DNA of 64,000 bases from a bacterium (GTDB lineage Bacteria; Zhuqueibacterota; Zhuqueibacteria; Zhuqueibacterales; Zhuqueibacteraceae): assembly GCA_044869275.1 (NCBI GenBank), contig JBIOXB010000163.1, positions 14,483 to 78,482 of the forward strand, read 5' to 3'. Below are positions 7,766-18,964 of the stretch, in pieces; position 1 is the first letter of the stretch; each line of letters opens with the position of its first letter. A model generated the notes under the pieces. The model was given only the letters and a program-made list of their open reading frames with translations, did no database searches and was not told the origin of the DNA. A program made the translations under genes and the position numbers.

Positions 7766-10348
7766 TTACCGGATCAACGAAAATTGCCGACTTTGGGTCA
7801 TGCGTTTGCCGGCTCGATCCACGAAACTGAGTTTGTAAAAATATCTCCCGCTTGCCAGATTTTCCGTGTGCAGAACGCGGCGATGGGTGCCTTCCTGCAG
7901 CCAGCCGTCTGCCAATGTCGCCACCTGTCTGCCGAGCACATCGAAAAGCTCCAAACGCACGGCGCCGGGTTCTTGCAAAGAGAACGTGATCGTGGTTGCC
8001 GCTGCCGGCGAATGTGCCAGCACGGGATTCGGATAGTTTTGATGCAACACCAAGGCGCGCGGCGCATGGTTTTTCGGCGCAGCGACCTCGGTCAGCGCAT
8101 TCAAATCGAATTCATAAAACGAGCGCCCGTGCGTAGCCGCGCGCAACTTTCGCGTGGAAGGGTGCAGCTCCAAATCGTGCACCGGCACGTATGGCATGCC
8201 CGTTCCCAGCGGCTGCCAGCTTGCGCCCAAGTCGGTTGTGTAAAACACACCAACGTCCGTGCCGATATAGAGCACCGCAGGATTGTCCAGGTCGATCACG
8301 ACGTCATTGATCGGCGCCTCGGGCAAATTCGAGCTGAGGTCGATCCACGTTTCGCCTTGATTCTCGGTGCGGAAAATATGCGGCAGGAAAACATCTTCTT
8401 GATGGCCGGAGAAAGCGACGTACGCGACCTTGGCGTCGCCAGGATCGGCGGCAACGCGCGTGACCCAGCGCCGCGGCAGGCCGGCGTTGATCATTTTCCA
8501 ATTCGCGCCGAGATCCGCAGTGACCCAAACATTTGCATCGTCCGTGCCGGCAAAAATGACATTCGGATCGGCGGGCGACACCGCCAGCGTAGTGATGGTG
8601 CCGAAACGATAGCTGGTGGGGCCGGGGCCGTTGGTGAGATCGTCGCTGATTTCGCTCCAAGATTGTGCGCGATCGGCGCTGCGGTACAACCGTTCGGCGC
8701 CGAAATACAACACACGAGGATCGTTGGGATCCATGACCACGGGCGTTGACCAGTTTGTGCGAGCGTTCGCGGGAATGCCGTTGCGACCGCCGGCAAATGA
8801 ATTCCCTCCGTCCGTCGAACGGCCCAGGCCGCCGTATTGATACTCGGCATAGACGTAGCGCGCATCGGTGTAGTCGACCAGGCAATAAAAACCGTCGCCG
8901 CCATAAATTTCTTCCCAGTCGTCGTCGCGGCCGGTCAGGGTGCGCATCGTGCCGTTGTCTTGCGTGCCGCCGTACGTTCTCTCCGGATTCAGGAAATCAA
9001 TCGTGCCGGCGTAAAACTGGGTGATGGGCAGATTGAAAGATTTTGCCCAACTGCCCCCGCCATTGTTGGAGACATAAAGGCCGCCATCGTTTCCCGCCAG
9101 CAGGCGATTGGAATTGAAAGGATCGAATTCGAGCGCATGCTGATCCACATGAATGCTGCTTAGAATATTCGACCATGAATCCCCGCCGTTCGTGGATTTG
9201 TGAAACGAAACGCCGAGCGCATAAACGGTATTGGCATTCTGCGGATGAACTTTGATGTTACCGAAATACCAGCCGAACCCGCCGAGAAAGCCGCCGGGCA
9301 AGCCGTTGGCCGTCACTCTGCGCCATGTCTGGCCATGATCGTTCGATCTATAAATCCCGTCGAAGTTTCCCGGATCATCCGCGTACATCGCATAAACGGT
9401 GGCGGGATTGGAAGGCGCGACCGCCAAGCCGATGCGGCCACGATACGTCGCTGCCGGCGGCAAGCCGGAGGCGAGCAATTCCCACGATTCCCCGGCGTTG
9501 AACGTGCGATAAATGCCGCTGCTGAGGCCGCCGACTCTACGGCGGTGGGGCGCGCGAATGCGTTCCCACATGGCGGCGTAAACCGTGTCCGGCTGCTGTG
9601 GATTGAGAGCGACGTCAATGGCTGCGGTGGAATCCGTGAGGAACAGCGAACGCACCCAAGTTTGCCCTCCGTCGCTGGATTTGTAGATGCCACGCTCGGG
9701 ATTCTTGCCATAAAGCTGCCCGCACGCTGCAACATAAAGGATATTGGAATTGCGCGGATCGACAGCGATGCGGCCAAGGTGATTACTCTCAGCCAGCCCG
9801 ATATTTCTCCAAGTCGATCCACCATCGGTCGATTTGTAAATTCCGTCACCGGCATAAGAATCAAGACTGCCGTTGGCTTCGCCCGTGCCCACATAAATGG
9901 TTTCGGGATCGTTCGGATCGAATGCCAGCGCGCCGATGGACAAGCTGGGCTGGTCATCAAAGATAGGAAACCAATCATTGCCACCATCAATGGATTTGAA
10001 CACGCCGCCCGCGGCCGCGCCAATGTAAATGGTGTTGGGATCAAAAGGAGACACGGCTATGGCGGTGATGCGTCCGCCGATATTCGTGGGCCCGATGGGC
10101 TGCCAGGCGGTACTGGCATTGCCTTTGTGCAAAGCTTGCAGCGCTTGCGCATGCTGCACCGCGCGCAAATGAGCGCTCTGGTCGATGCGATCCAGCGGGA
10201 AAGCGCGCTGAATGAAAAACCAATCCGTAGGCTTCTTCTCCGCGGCGCGCGATTTTGAGAACGGTTTGTCGCCGGCATTGAATAACATTGAAAGGGAGGC
10301 GAACAATACCAGCAAACATGTGAGCGGCAGAATTGTTTTTGTCCTCAT
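7766..10348 (-). CDS. Secreted BNR/Asp-box (VPS10-like) beta-propeller protein with T9SS-type C-terminal domain
   Basis: Signal peptide, many S.DGG.TW repeats, GGRIT, HVDQHAL, GGTQDNG and a C-terminal LHQNYPNP...FDVLGRQV..L..SGRYFY. Confidence 0.88.
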   Translation of the reverse strand: MRTKTILPLTCLLVLFASLSMLFNAGDKPFSKSRAAEKKPTDWFFIQRAFPLDRIDQSAHLRAVQHAQALQALHKGNASTAWQPIGPTNIGGRITAIAVSPFDPNTIYIGAAAGGVFKSIDGGNDWFPIFDDQPSLSIGALAFDPNDPETIYVGTGEANGSLDSYAGDGIYKSTDGGSTWRNIGLAESNHLGRIAVDPRNSNILYVAACGQLYGKNPERGIYKSSDGGQTWVRSLFLTDSTAAIDVALNPQQPDTVYAAMWERIRAPHRRRVGGLSSGIYRTFNAGESWELLASGLPPAATYRGRIGLAVAPSNPATVYAMYADDPGNFDGIYRSNDHGQTWRRVTANGLPGGFLGGFGWYFGNIKVHPQNANTVYALGVSFHKSTNGGDSWSNILSSIHVDQHALEFDPFNSNRLLAGNDGGLYVSNNGGGSWAKSFNLPITQFYAGTIDFLNPERTYGGTQDNGTMRTLTGRDDDWEEIYGGDGFYCLVDYTDARYVYAEYQYGGLGRSTDGGNSFAGGRNGIPANARTNWSTPVVMDPNDPRVLYFGAERLYRSADRAQSWSEISDDLTNGPGPTSYRFGTITTLAVSPADPNVIFAGTDDANVWVTADLGANWKMINAGLPRRWVTRVAADPGDAKVAYVAFSGHQEDVFLPHIFRTENQGETWIDLSSNLPEAPINDVVIDLDNPAVLYIGTDVGVFYTTDLGASWQPLGTGMPYVPVHDLELHPSTRKLRAATHGRSFYEFDLNALTEVAAPKNHAPRALVLHQNYPNPVLAHSPAAATTITFSLQEPGAVRLELFDVLGRQVATLADGWLQEGTHRRVLHTENLASGRYFYKLSFVDRAGKRMTQSRQFSLIR

Positions 10349-10525
10349 GGCCGTCCTTTTCGCACTTTGGTGTTGCGCGGAAGTTTGGTTTTGAGCATCT
10401 TGTCATGATCTTGCAGCGCAGTGAAGATAATAAACCTTCGCCCCTGCGTCAAAAGGAAAAATACGCGTTTTCAGGATTGACACCTGAATAGTACTACAAC
10501 GTTAGGTCCACGCCGCCACCAGAAA

Positions 10526-10620
10526 TGTCATCCCGATTCATCGGGATCTTCCCAGGCGCTGGGCACAATGCCGAAATAGGCTGTGATATTGTATCATGGG
10601 AAGATTCTTTCAGAATGACA
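10526..10620. repeat. REP-like family C copy whose left arm carries the ATCCCGA-TTCA-TCGGGAT palindrome (10530-10547)
   Basis: TGTC[ATCCCGATTCATCGGGAT]CTTCCC...GGGAAGATTCTTTCAGAATGACA. Confidence 0.85.
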
Positions 10621-10681
10621 GTGCTGGTTTTTTTGTGCAAAAAAACAGACTTAGCGTTGTAGTAATAATTAAGGAGAATAA

Positions 10682-11290
10682 ATGGGACTCGAAGCAACCT
10701 GCCGCGCCAGTTTTGACGGAAAATCTTCCGCGGGCAAAGCGCATCTGGAGACGGCAGAATTGTCATTTCACGGCGATTTCAAATTGAAAATCCCGCTGCA
10801 GCGAATCGAATCGTTCGCAGCCAAGGCTGGAAAATTGCAGGTGAAATTCCCGCAAGGCACGGCGACTTTCGAGCTGGGTCCGGAGGCGGAAAAATGGGCG
10901 CTCAAGATACGCAATCCCAAAAGCACAATCGACAAGCTCGGCGTCAAGCCGGATTTCAAAGTTTCCGTGCTCGGCATTTCCGAGGAAGACTTCTGGCAGC
11001 AATTGCGCGGCCGCACGCAAAATATTACCGCCGGCAAAGCTGCCCGGGAATCGGATTTGATTTTTTTCGCCGTGAGCAATGCCCAAGCGCTCGATAAATT
11101 GAAGACGTTGCAAAATTCGCTCAAGCGGAATGGCGGTATTTGGGTGATTTGGCCGAAAGGGCAGGCGCACATCAAAGAGGACATTGTGCGCGCGGCTGCT
11201 TTGGCACAAGGTCTGGTCGATGTCAAGGTCGTGAGCTTTTCCGAGACGCACAGCGGCTTGAAGCTGGTCATTCCTGTGGCGAGACGGTGA
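10682..11290 (+). CDS. DUF3052-like protein
   Basis: AGGAG RBS; DKLGVK...GIWVIWPKG...GLVDVKV..FS.THSGLKLV. Confidence 0.75.
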   Translation: MGLEATCRASFDGKSSAGKAHLETAELSFHGDFKLKIPLQRIESFAAKAGKLQVKFPQGTATFELGPEAEKWALKIRNPKSTIDKLGVKPDFKVSVLGISEEDFWQQLRGRTQNITAGKAARESDLIFFAVSNAQALDKLKTLQNSLKRNGGIWVIWPKGQAHIKEDIVRAAALAQGLVDVKVVSFSETHSGLKLVIPVARR

Positions 11291-11298
11291 TCTGGAGT

Positions 11299-11440
11299 TG
11301 GATTGTGGAGGGGAGATCGTAGATCGTGGATAGTAGATAGTAGATCGTGCGTCGTCGATTTGGGCAATCTACACAATCTACTATCCACGATCCACCATCC
11401 ACGATCCACAATCCACGATCCACAATCCACCATCCCTCCC
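11299..11440. repeat. Inverted heptamer tandem arrays (RGATMGT)n...(ACVATCC)n
   Basis: Read directly between two convergent genes. Confidence 0.9.
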
Positions 11441-11454
11441 CCGCGCCTTCAAAA

Positions 11455-13047
11455 TCAAAAGCGAATCCTAAAAACCGTCCCCACTCCCGCTCCGCTTTCT
11501 GCCGCAATCGTGCCGCCGTGCTCTTCTACGATTCTCTTGACCATGACCAGGCCCAATCCCGACCCGCCTCGCTTGGTGGTAAAGTTGGGCTGGAACAATT
11601 TTGCTTGCATTTCAGGCGTGAGCCCCGGCCCGTTGTCTGCGATTTCCAAAACGAGGCCTCCGCTGTCATCGCGCGTGGTGATCGTTATTTCGCAAGGTTG
11701 CGGGTGCGCTGCTTCTTTCGCATTCTTGATGAGATTGTTTAACAGGCGTTTGATCTGTTCGCGATCGAGAGGCCGCGGCGGCAGCTTGGGATCGAGATGA
11801 AGCTGAAAACGGAGGTTTTCGCCGCCGGCATCGTAAAGCCGGAGGGTGAGCTGAATGATTTCGTTGAGGTGCTCCATTTGCATTTGCGCTTTGGGCAGCC
11901 GGGCGAAGGCGGAAAACTCCTCGGCCAGATGGCGCAGGCTGGATAGCTCTTCTTCAATGCTCTGAAACGATTCTTGCAACGCCGGCTGCGACGAAATCAT
12001 GCCGCCGAATTTTTGCCGCACGCGATACAGGGCGAGTTGAATGGGGGTGAGGGGATTTTTGATTTCGTGCGAAACTTGCCGCGCCACTTCCCGCCACGCC
12101 GCCAATCTTTCCGCGGCCAGCAGTTTTTCGCGATTGGCGCGCAAATCCCGAATCATTTTATTGAAAGCCGAGACCAATTGTCCGATTTCATCTTTGGCGC
12201 GGGAGGGCGCCTGCGCTTCCAAATCGCCCGCGGCCACTTTTGCGGTGACGCCGATCAAATCTTCAATCGGATGGCTCAAACGCCGTGACAGGCTGCGCGC
12301 GAGAAAAACCGACAACAGGCTCAAGATCAAAACCATAGCCGTGGCCGCGCCCCAAATGAGCTGATCTTGCAGCGCTTTCTCTTTGATCAAAGTGAGGGAA
12401 TTATAAATCCGCATGGTTTGGGTGAGCTGCGCTTTGGCCGCCATCACCTCGGGCGCAATGGCAAAGCCGAGAATCGCCATTTCATGTTCTCCGCGCGGCA
12501 GCCAGACGCGGCAATGCCCCGGCATTTCGACCTGAGAGGGCGCGGAGGAATGGTCGCGCAGTGCCTCCAGCTCGCTGCCCGTTTGACCCCAGATTTCGCC
12601 AACCCGCGCCTCACCGAATGAGAGTCCCTGCCCGCGCGCGCCCTCGTCGCGACTATGCGCCGCCGCGAGTAGTATTTTTTCGCCCGCGCGCTGCCAGACG
12701 AAATAATAATCGAGGCCCGAGGGCAAAACTGCTTCCGGCGCAAAACCGTCTCCGGCAAAAGCCTGTGCAAAGCGCTTGCCCGTATCTTCGCATTGCGCTT
12801 TCAAAGCTGCGACCGCTTGCAGCATGGCGGTTTCAACTTCGGGAACGAGAAGCACATCGGCGGTGTTCGTGGCGAGCGTGCTCACCAAAAAAATGAGCGG
12901 TACGGTGGGAAGGAGCGCGAAGAGCAAAAACATCGCCGTGAGCCGGACTTGAAAGCGCGAGTGCCGGCGCGGATGCCACCACAAAAAAGCGAGGTAGCCG
13001 ACGAGCGCGAGCAGGAGGCCGAGAAGCCAGAACAGGAAGATTTTCAT
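11455..13047 (-). CDS. NtrY-like HAMP sensor histidine kinase
   Basis: AAWREVARQVSHEIKNPLTPI H-box, HAMP DEIGQLV.AFN, NLIKNA, DNGPG, GSGLGL. Confidence 0.92.
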   Translation of the reverse strand: MKIFLFWLLGLLLALVGYLAFLWWHPRRHSRFQVRLTAMFLLFALLPTVPLIFLVSTLATNTADVLLVPEVETAMLQAVAALKAQCEDTGKRFAQAFAGDGFAPEAVLPSGLDYYFVWQRAGEKILLAAAHSRDEGARGQGLSFGEARVGEIWGQTGSELEALRDHSSAPSQVEMPGHCRVWLPRGEHEMAILGFAIAPEVMAAKAQLTQTMRIYNSLTLIKEKALQDQLIWGAATAMVLILSLLSVFLARSLSRRLSHPIEDLIGVTAKVAAGDLEAQAPSRAKDEIGQLVSAFNKMIRDLRANREKLLAAERLAAWREVARQVSHEIKNPLTPIQLALYRVRQKFGGMISSQPALQESFQSIEEELSSLRHLAEEFSAFARLPKAQMQMEHLNEIIQLTLRLYDAGGENLRFQLHLDPKLPPRPLDREQIKRLLNNLIKNAKEAAHPQPCEITITTRDDSGGLVLEIADNGPGLTPEMQAKLFQPNFTTKRGGSGLGLVMVKRIVEEHGGTIAAESGAGVGTVFRIRF

Positions 13048-13061
13048 GTGCCGCCCGCTGG

Positions 13062-13985
13062 CTACCCGCCCATTCGTTTACGCTTCAGCAAAAACTGCAT
13101 AAGACCGCGGTCGAAATCCATCGAGGTATCCAGCAGATTGTAGTCGATGCGATGCTCGCGGCACTGGCGTTTGAGCCAGTCGAGATACTCGTCGATTTCC
13201 TTTTGTACCGCGGCGCGAATGTGATGGGGCTGGGTGGGCAGGGTCGCGCCGGATTCCGCGTCTTGAAAAATCGCGTCCTCGCGGAACTCAAAACGATAGT
13301 CGAAGCGATCCAAAATCTGAAACGCCAGCACTTCGTGATGGCGATGGCGAAAATGCTTCAAACCTGCCAAAATGTTTTGGGGATCGCGCTCGAGATCGTG
13401 CGGCATGAAATCGGAAAGAACGATCACCAGGCCGCGGCGCTTGATTTGTTCCGCCATTTTGTGCAGCGAGCTCTCCCAATGCGCGCTGCCGGTGGCGCGC
13501 GCGTTTTCCAGCTCGCCGAGCAAAGCGGTGAGATAACTCATCACCGCGCGCGGCGGCAGGTAGCGCGTGAGGTGCTCATGAAACAGTGCCATGCCGACGG
13601 CATCGCGCTGGTGCATCATCAAATAGCCCAAAGCCGCTGCCAGAAAACTGGCGTATTGAAACTTGCTCACGCGTCCTTCGTGTGCAATGCCCATGGAGGC
13701 GGATTGGTCGACGAGCAAATAGCATTTGAGATTGGTTTCTTCTTCGAATTGCTTGACGTAAAAGCGGTCGGTTTTGCCGTAAACTTTCCAATCGAGGTGG
13801 CGAATCTCGTCGCCCGGCATATACTGCCGGTGCTCGGCAAACTCCACGCTGAAGCCATGATACGGGCTGCGATGCAGGCCGGTGATGAATCCTTCCACCA
13901 CCAAGCGCGCCCGCAAGCTCATGTTGGCAAGGCGCGAGACGGTGGTCGGGTGGAGATATTTTCTGTAGAGGGGTTCGGTTTGCAT
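13062..13985 (-). CDS. DUF58 (VWA-like) MoxR partner protein
   Basis: GLHRSP..GFSVEFAEHRQY.PGD..R.LDWK; DQSASM; VLSDF. Confidence 0.92.
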   Translation of the reverse strand: MQTEPLYRKYLHPTTVSRLANMSLRARLVVEGFITGLHRSPYHGFSVEFAEHRQYMPGDEIRHLDWKVYGKTDRFYVKQFEEETNLKCYLLVDQSASMGIAHEGRVSKFQYASFLAAALGYLMMHQRDAVGMALFHEHLTRYLPPRAVMSYLTALLGELENARATGSAHWESSLHKMAEQIKRRGLVIVLSDFMPHDLERDPQNILAGLKHFRHRHHEVLAFQILDRFDYRFEFREDAIFQDAESGATLPTQPHHIRAAVQKEIDEYLDWLKRQCREHRIDYNLLDTSMDFDRGLMQFLLKRKRMGG

Positions 13986-14065
13986 GACGAATTGTAAGCC
14001 CTGATGCGAAATTCGTAATGCGTGAGCAGGCATCAGCATAAGCGTCACGCATTACGCATTACAAA

Positions 14066-15064
14066 TCACATCACTTTCCCGTCTTTAATCAGCTGCTCGA
14101 TAATGTCCAGCGCCGTCACCCCTTCGGCTTCAGCGGAAAAATTGGTGACGAGGCGATGGCGCAACACCGGCTTGGCCACGGCGCGCACATCTTCAACATC
14201 GGGCGTGGGCCGGCCATCGAGAATGGCGCGGGTTTTCGCGCCCAGAATCAAATACTGTGACGCACGCGGGCCCGCGCCCCAATTGATCCAATCTTTGACG
14301 GCTTTGACCGTGCCGTTTTGATGTGGCCGCGTGTTGCGCGCGAGCTGTACGGCATAATCGACGACGTGATCGGAGACCGGCACTTCACGCACCAAAGCCT
14401 GCAGCGCCATTATTTTCTCAGCGTTCAAGACCTGGGCGAGCGCGGGTAGCTGGTTGCCGGTGGTGGATTTGACGATTTGCTTTTCTTCTTCGAAGCTGGG
14501 ATAGTCCACCCACAGGTTGAACATGAAGCGATCGAGCTGCGCCTCGGGCAGGGGATACGTTCCTTCCTGTTCGATGGGATTCTGCGTGGCCAGTACGAAA
14601 AACGGTTCGTCGAGTTTATACGTCGTCCCCGCGGCGGAGACTTCGTGTTCTTGCATCGCCTGCAACAAAGCCGCTTGCGTCTTCGGCGGCGTGCGGTTGA
14701 TTTCGTCGGCTAAAACAATATTGGCGAAAACTGGGCCGGCAATGAAGCGAAAAGCTTTGCGACCGGTGCTGACGTCTTCCTCGATGATCTCGGTGCCGGT
14801 AATGTCCGAGGGCATGAGATCAGGCGTGAATTGGATGCGGTTGAATTTGAGCTGCAGCACGCGCGCGAGCGTGCTGATCAACAGCGTTTTGGCGAGGCCG
14901 GGCACGCCCACGAGCAGACAATGCCCACGCGCAAAAAGCGAGATGAGAAGTTGATCGATGATTACATTTTGGCCGACAATCACTTTGCTGATTTCGGCGA
15001 CGATTTGACGATGCGCTTCCTTCACTTCTGCGATAATGCCGAGATCCTTTGCGGATAAACTCAT
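14066..15064 (-). CDS. moxR: MoxR-family AAA+ ATPase
   Basis: GVPGLAKT, RIQFTPDLMPSD, DEINRTPPKTQAALL, ATQNPIEQEGTYPLPEAQLDRF. Confidence 0.95.
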   Translation of the reverse strand: MSLSAKDLGIIAEVKEAHRQIVAEISKVIVGQNVIIDQLLISLFARGHCLLVGVPGLAKTLLISTLARVLQLKFNRIQFTPDLMPSDITGTEIIEEDVSTGRKAFRFIAGPVFANIVLADEINRTPPKTQAALLQAMQEHEVSAAGTTYKLDEPFFVLATQNPIEQEGTYPLPEAQLDRFMFNLWVDYPSFEEEKQIVKSTTGNQLPALAQVLNAEKIMALQALVREVPVSDHVVDYAVQLARNTRPHQNGTVKAVKDWINWGAGPRASQYLILGAKTRAILDGRPTPDVEDVRAVAKPVLRHRLVTNFSAEAEGVTALDIIEQLIKDGKVM

Positions 15065-15305
15065 TGAAACGACCTTTCGAAAAGATAGGTAGGTTTTTAG
15101 AAAAGGACAATCATGATAACCATTCGGCTCTCCAAATGCAATAATTTTGATCCCGTTTGCACGAGACACGATGGTAGGCGCACTGCAAATTAGCCTTGCA
15201 ATGACCTCCCTGAGATGTGTAAATTGCTACCTCGGATTTTCAGACAAGCTGAAAACCGAAGCCCGAGGGCGGCAGCAATGGCAAAATCGTCCCGCAAAGA
15301 AGCAG

Positions 15306-15418
15306 AAGACAGAAAGATGTAGGACAGAAAAATGTTTGTCGTTTGCCCTATCCCTTCACCATCCCTGCTCCGGAGATGAGATCTGCTGCCATCTTTCTGT
15401 CCTTCATTTTTCTGTCCT
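15306..15418. repeat. Inverted pair of duplicated GACAGAAA(G/A)ATG units (REP-like)
   Basis: gacagaaagatgtaggacagaaaaatg ... catctttctgtccttcatttttctgtcc. Confidence 0.75.
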
Positions 15419-15515
15419 GGCTTTTGCTCAATTCAACGCAACATTTTTCCGTGGGAGTTCGTTTCCGTGAGCCAGACTTTTAGATTTATTCTCAGTTTGA
15501 TGAGCCAATCGCCTT

Positions 15516-16601
15516 ATGAACGACCGTATTGAGCAGAAATCCGATATTGCCCGAAAACAGGATTTGATCGGCATGAATCGTGAAGGGCTTTCGCGCTTTG
15601 CCGAGAGCCTGGGGGAGAAGCCTTTTCGCGGCAGGCAGCTTTTCCAGTGGATTTATGGCCACGGCGTGGCCGATTTCGAGCAGATGACGAATCTATCCGC
15701 GCACTTGCGACAGCGCTTGCAGGAGTCGGCTGCGATTCAACCTTTGGCGTTGGTGCAGCGGCAAGTTTCCGCACGGCGCGATGCCGAAAAGTTCTTGTTC
15801 CGGCTCGGCGATGGTCTGAGCATCGAAAGCGTGCTGATGCACGAAGACGACCGCCACACTTTGTGCCTTTCCTCCCAGGTCGGCTGCCCGGTGGATTGCA
15901 AGTTTTGCGCGACTGGAAAAATGGGTTTATTGCGCAATTTGAGCGCGGGGGAGATCGTCAATCAAGTGTTGTCCGTGCGCCGGCTCAGCGGTACGCCGGT
16001 CACCAACGTCGTGGTCATGGGCATGGGCGAGCCCATGTTGAACTACGAGGCGCTGCTACAAGCCTGCGATTTGATGTCAGACGCAGAAGGCCCGAACCTG
16101 GCCCAGCGCCACATCGTGATTTCGACCAGCGGCTTGATTCCCAAAATCCGGCGTTTCATCGCAGAAGGCCATAAATACCGCCTGGCAATCTCATTGAATG
16201 CGACCACGGACGAAGTGCGCACCCGCTTAATGCCTTTGAACCGCAAATATCCGATTGCCGATCTGCTGGCTGCAGCCAAAGCGTACGCCCTGGCCGCCAA
16301 GCAAAAAGTGACGTTCGAGTATGTTTTGCTGGCGGAGGTGAATGACAGTTTGGAAGACGCGGAGCGGCTCAAACGTTTGGTGCGCGATATTCCCTGCAAG
16401 ATCAATCTCATTCCCTTTAATGCCGTCGATGAAAATTTCCGCCGTCCCAGCTATGCACACATCGAAGCGTTTTACCAGCGCTTGCAGGGCGCGGGTGCGA
16501 CGGTCACCTTGCGCTGGAGCAAAGGCGACGACATCGACGCGGCGTGCGGGCAGCTCTGGACGAAAACGGAGAAATCACTGCCCGTGGTGCCGGCCGTTTG
16601 A
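15516..16601 (+). CDS. rlmN: Dual-specificity 23S rRNA A2503 / tRNA C2-methyltransferase
   Basis: CLSSQVGC...CKFCATG, MGMGEP, DIDAACGQL. Confidence 0.97.
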   Translation: MNDRIEQKSDIARKQDLIGMNREGLSRFAESLGEKPFRGRQLFQWIYGHGVADFEQMTNLSAHLRQRLQESAAIQPLALVQRQVSARRDAEKFLFRLGDGLSIESVLMHEDDRHTLCLSSQVGCPVDCKFCATGKMGLLRNLSAGEIVNQVLSVRRLSGTPVTNVVVMGMGEPMLNYEALLQACDLMSDAEGPNLAQRHIVISTSGLIPKIRRFIAEGHKYRLAISLNATTDEVRTRLMPLNRKYPIADLLAAAKAYALAAKQKVTFEYVLLAEVNDSLEDAERLKRLVRDIPCKINLIPFNAVDENFRRPSYAHIEAFYQRLQGAGATVTLRWSKGDDIDAACGQLWTKTEKSLPVVPAV

Positions 16602-17636
16602 GGCCGTGGCCGCAGCAGAGCAGGATTCCCTGAGATGCTTCACCTTCTTGGCGAGCTCCTTCCCTTTCGCTTCGCGCGGCAGTTTCTTGTCCTCAATCAA
16701 ATCCAATTGCGCGCACGCTTCCTGCGGCTGGGCTTCCCGCAACGCGATTTGCGCCAGCTTGGTGCGGCATACGGCTGCGAGATAGGGCGAGAGCTTTTTT
16801 TCTGCTTGTAGCGAAGCCATGATTTGTTCATAGCACGCGCGCGCACGGGCGAATTTCTGCAGCCGCGCCGCGGATTCTGCCGCGCCCCAGAGAAAGAAGC
16901 GGCTGGCCGGAAATTCTTGCAGAACCGAATCTGCCAGCGCGTACGCTTCCGCAGCGCGGTTTTCATCCAACAAAATCCACGTCAAGCCGTTGAGGGCGGC
17001 ATAACGCGAATACTTGCCCTGCGTCGCAGCTTTTTGCACCATGGCCAGACCCTCGCCACTCTCATCCCCCAGAAAAAAGAGTTTCATCTTGCTGCGATAA
17101 TACTTGTAGGTGCCGATGCCCAGGTAGGCGTCGTACAATTCCGGGTCGAGCTTGATGGCGGTCTGCAGATGCTGAATCGTCTGCCATCCGGTGCGCACGG
17201 CTTCGAGGTAGCGCCGTTTTTTTCCGGTATAAAAGGCCTCATAGCCGTAGGCGCTGCCCAGCCAAAAATATGCTTGCGCATCACTGGGATTTTTATGCAG
17301 CAGCTTTTCCGAAAGCTGGCGGCAGGTTTTCAGGCTCTTCATGAAAGCTTCTTCGTCCGCGTCGTTTTCGTAATCCAGCATGCGGGATTGCAGTGTTGCC
17401 GCGTGAAACAGATGGCCGATGGGTTCTTCGGGCGCGCGTGTAATGACTGTGTCAATGTGCGCCAGTGCGCGTTCATATTCCTGCTTGATCGTGGCTGCAA
17501 TGGCTCTTTGTAGCAGTGAATCAATGGCCACCGGAATTTGCGCTTGGGCAAAAGACTGGTTGAATATGCCGAAAGAACCGCAGGCAATGTAGATTTCGAG
17601 CAGCAGAATGTGGGTATAAATGAGCGGAAGCTTCAT
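16575..17636 (-). CDS. Exported tetratricopeptide-repeat protein
   Basis: Signal-like N-terminus; TPR-like AYFWLG and DAYLGIG helices; start codon uncertain. Confidence 0.7.
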   Translation of the reverse strand: MKLPLIYTHILLLEIYIACGSFGIFNQSFAQAQIPVAIDSLLQRAIAATIKQEYERALAHIDTVITRAPEEPIGHLFHAATLQSRMLDYENDADEEAFMKSLKTCRQLSEKLLHKNPSDAQAYFWLGSAYGYEAFYTGKKRRYLEAVRTGWQTIQHLQTAIKLDPELYDAYLGIGTYKYYRSKMKLFFLGDESGEGLAMVQKAATQGKYSRYAALNGLTWILLDENRAAEAYALADSVLQEFPASRFFLWGAAESAARLQKFARARACYEQIMASLQAEKKLSPYLAAVCRTKLAQIALREAQPQEACAQLDLIEDKKLPREAKGKELAKKVKHLRESCSAAATASNGRHHGQ

Positions 17637-17852
17637 GCGAATGGAAGTTGTCAAAATGAGCAAGTGAGGGCCAGTTCCAGCCAAAATACATAAATTAGGA
17701 AAACTTTCTAAAAAAGCAAGACTGGGCGAGCAGAATGCAATCGCCAAACAGCAAATTGGAAGACCCATTCAGCAATTTCGGTGCCGCGGAATTTCAAGTT
17801 CACGAGGGCTACTTGGCGTCTGCAAATTTGAATGCTCACGGTAATGAAATCA

Positions 17853-17881
17853 TTGACAAAATTTAAAAGTTTTCTTAACTT
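17853..17881 (+). promoter_or_regulatory. Sigma70-type promoter of the sigma-factor gene
   Basis: TTGACA-17-TAACTT. Confidence 0.6.
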
Positions 17882-17948
17882 TGTGGGCTTTGCGCCGACC
17901 AAGGTACTTCGGTCTTGAGACTCAGCACTAACAAGGGAAGGAGGAAGT

Positions 17949-18806
17949 GTGGCGAGGCTCACAGGTGGCAACCGTGCCCGAACCGACCATTCACTAGAAA
18001 AGTATCTGCAGGAAATCAGCGAAGTACCGCTTTTGACCCCCGAAGAAGAAATCGATCTTGCCAAATGTATAAAGCGGGGAGATGAAGAGGCCCTGGAAAG
18101 ACTGACCAAAGCCAATTTACGCTTTGTCGTCAGCGTGGCCAAACAATATCAAAACCAGGGGCTCTCTCTGGGTGATTTGATCAATGAAGGCAATCTCGGT
18201 TTGATCAAAGCCGCCAGCCGTTTCGACGAAACCCGAGGGTTTAAATTCATTTCCTACGCTGTGTGGTGGATACGGCAATCCATTTTGCAGGCGCTGGCCG
18301 AGCAATCGCGCGTCGTGCGACTGCCCCTGAATCGCGTCGGCGCGTTGAACAAAATCGGCAAAGCGCTCAGTTCGCTGGAGCAGGAGTTCGAGCGCGAGCC
18401 AGCGGCGCACGAAATCGCCGACAAAGTGGAAATGACCACACATGAAGTCAACGATACGCTCAAGATCTCGGGCAAGCATCTTTCTCTGGACGCGCCCTTC
18501 AATCAGGACGAAGAAAGTCGCTTGCTGGACGTGCTGGAAAGCGAAGAAGTTCCGGCGCCCGACAATTTCTTAATGAGCGAATCCTTGAAGATCGAAGTGG
18601 AACGTGCCCTGGAGACGCTGACCGAACGCGAGGCCGAGGTGGTCAAATTGTATTTCGGCCTGGGGCGCGAGCATCCATTGACGCTCGAAGAAATCGGTGA
18701 GCTGTTCAAGCTGACGCGCGAGCGCGTGCGCCAGATCAAAGAGAAAGCGATCAAAAGGCTGCGCCACGCCTCACGCAGCAAGCCCTTGCGCAGTTATCTG
18801 GGCTGA
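17949..18806 (+). CDS. sigA: RNA polymerase sigma factor, RpoD/SigA family, lacking region 1.1
   Basis: [53 protein letters not shown]. Confidence 0.9.
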   Translation: MARLTGGNRARTDHSLEKYLQEISEVPLLTPEEEIDLAKCIKRGDEEALERLTKANLRFVVSVAKQYQNQGLSLGDLINEGNLGLIKAASRFDETRGFKFISYAVWWIRQSILQALAEQSRVVRLPLNRVGALNKIGKALSSLEQEFEREPAAHEIADKVEMTTHEVNDTLKISGKHLSLDAPFNQDEESRLLDVLESEEVPAPDNFLMSESLKIEVERALETLTEREAEVVKLYFGLGREHPLTLEEIGELFKLTRERVRQIKEKAIKRLRHASRSKPLRSYLG

Positions 18807-18964
18807 TTACAAATCCGTCACTGCTGTTATCGAAATTTTCATTTTCTCCCCTTCGCAAGCTCCACCGCTTGCGCTTACATATTAAATCAGTTGGATTGCA
18901 TTTCTTGGCGTGAGATTTCAGGTCGAAACAGGTGGTATTTTGTACATACAGACTGGTTTTGTGC

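Noticed and set aside
10768..11800. ORFs with WIVDRG/STIHDP repeats (and similar at 22606..23277)
   Set aside because: They are translations of the intergenic tandem arrays.
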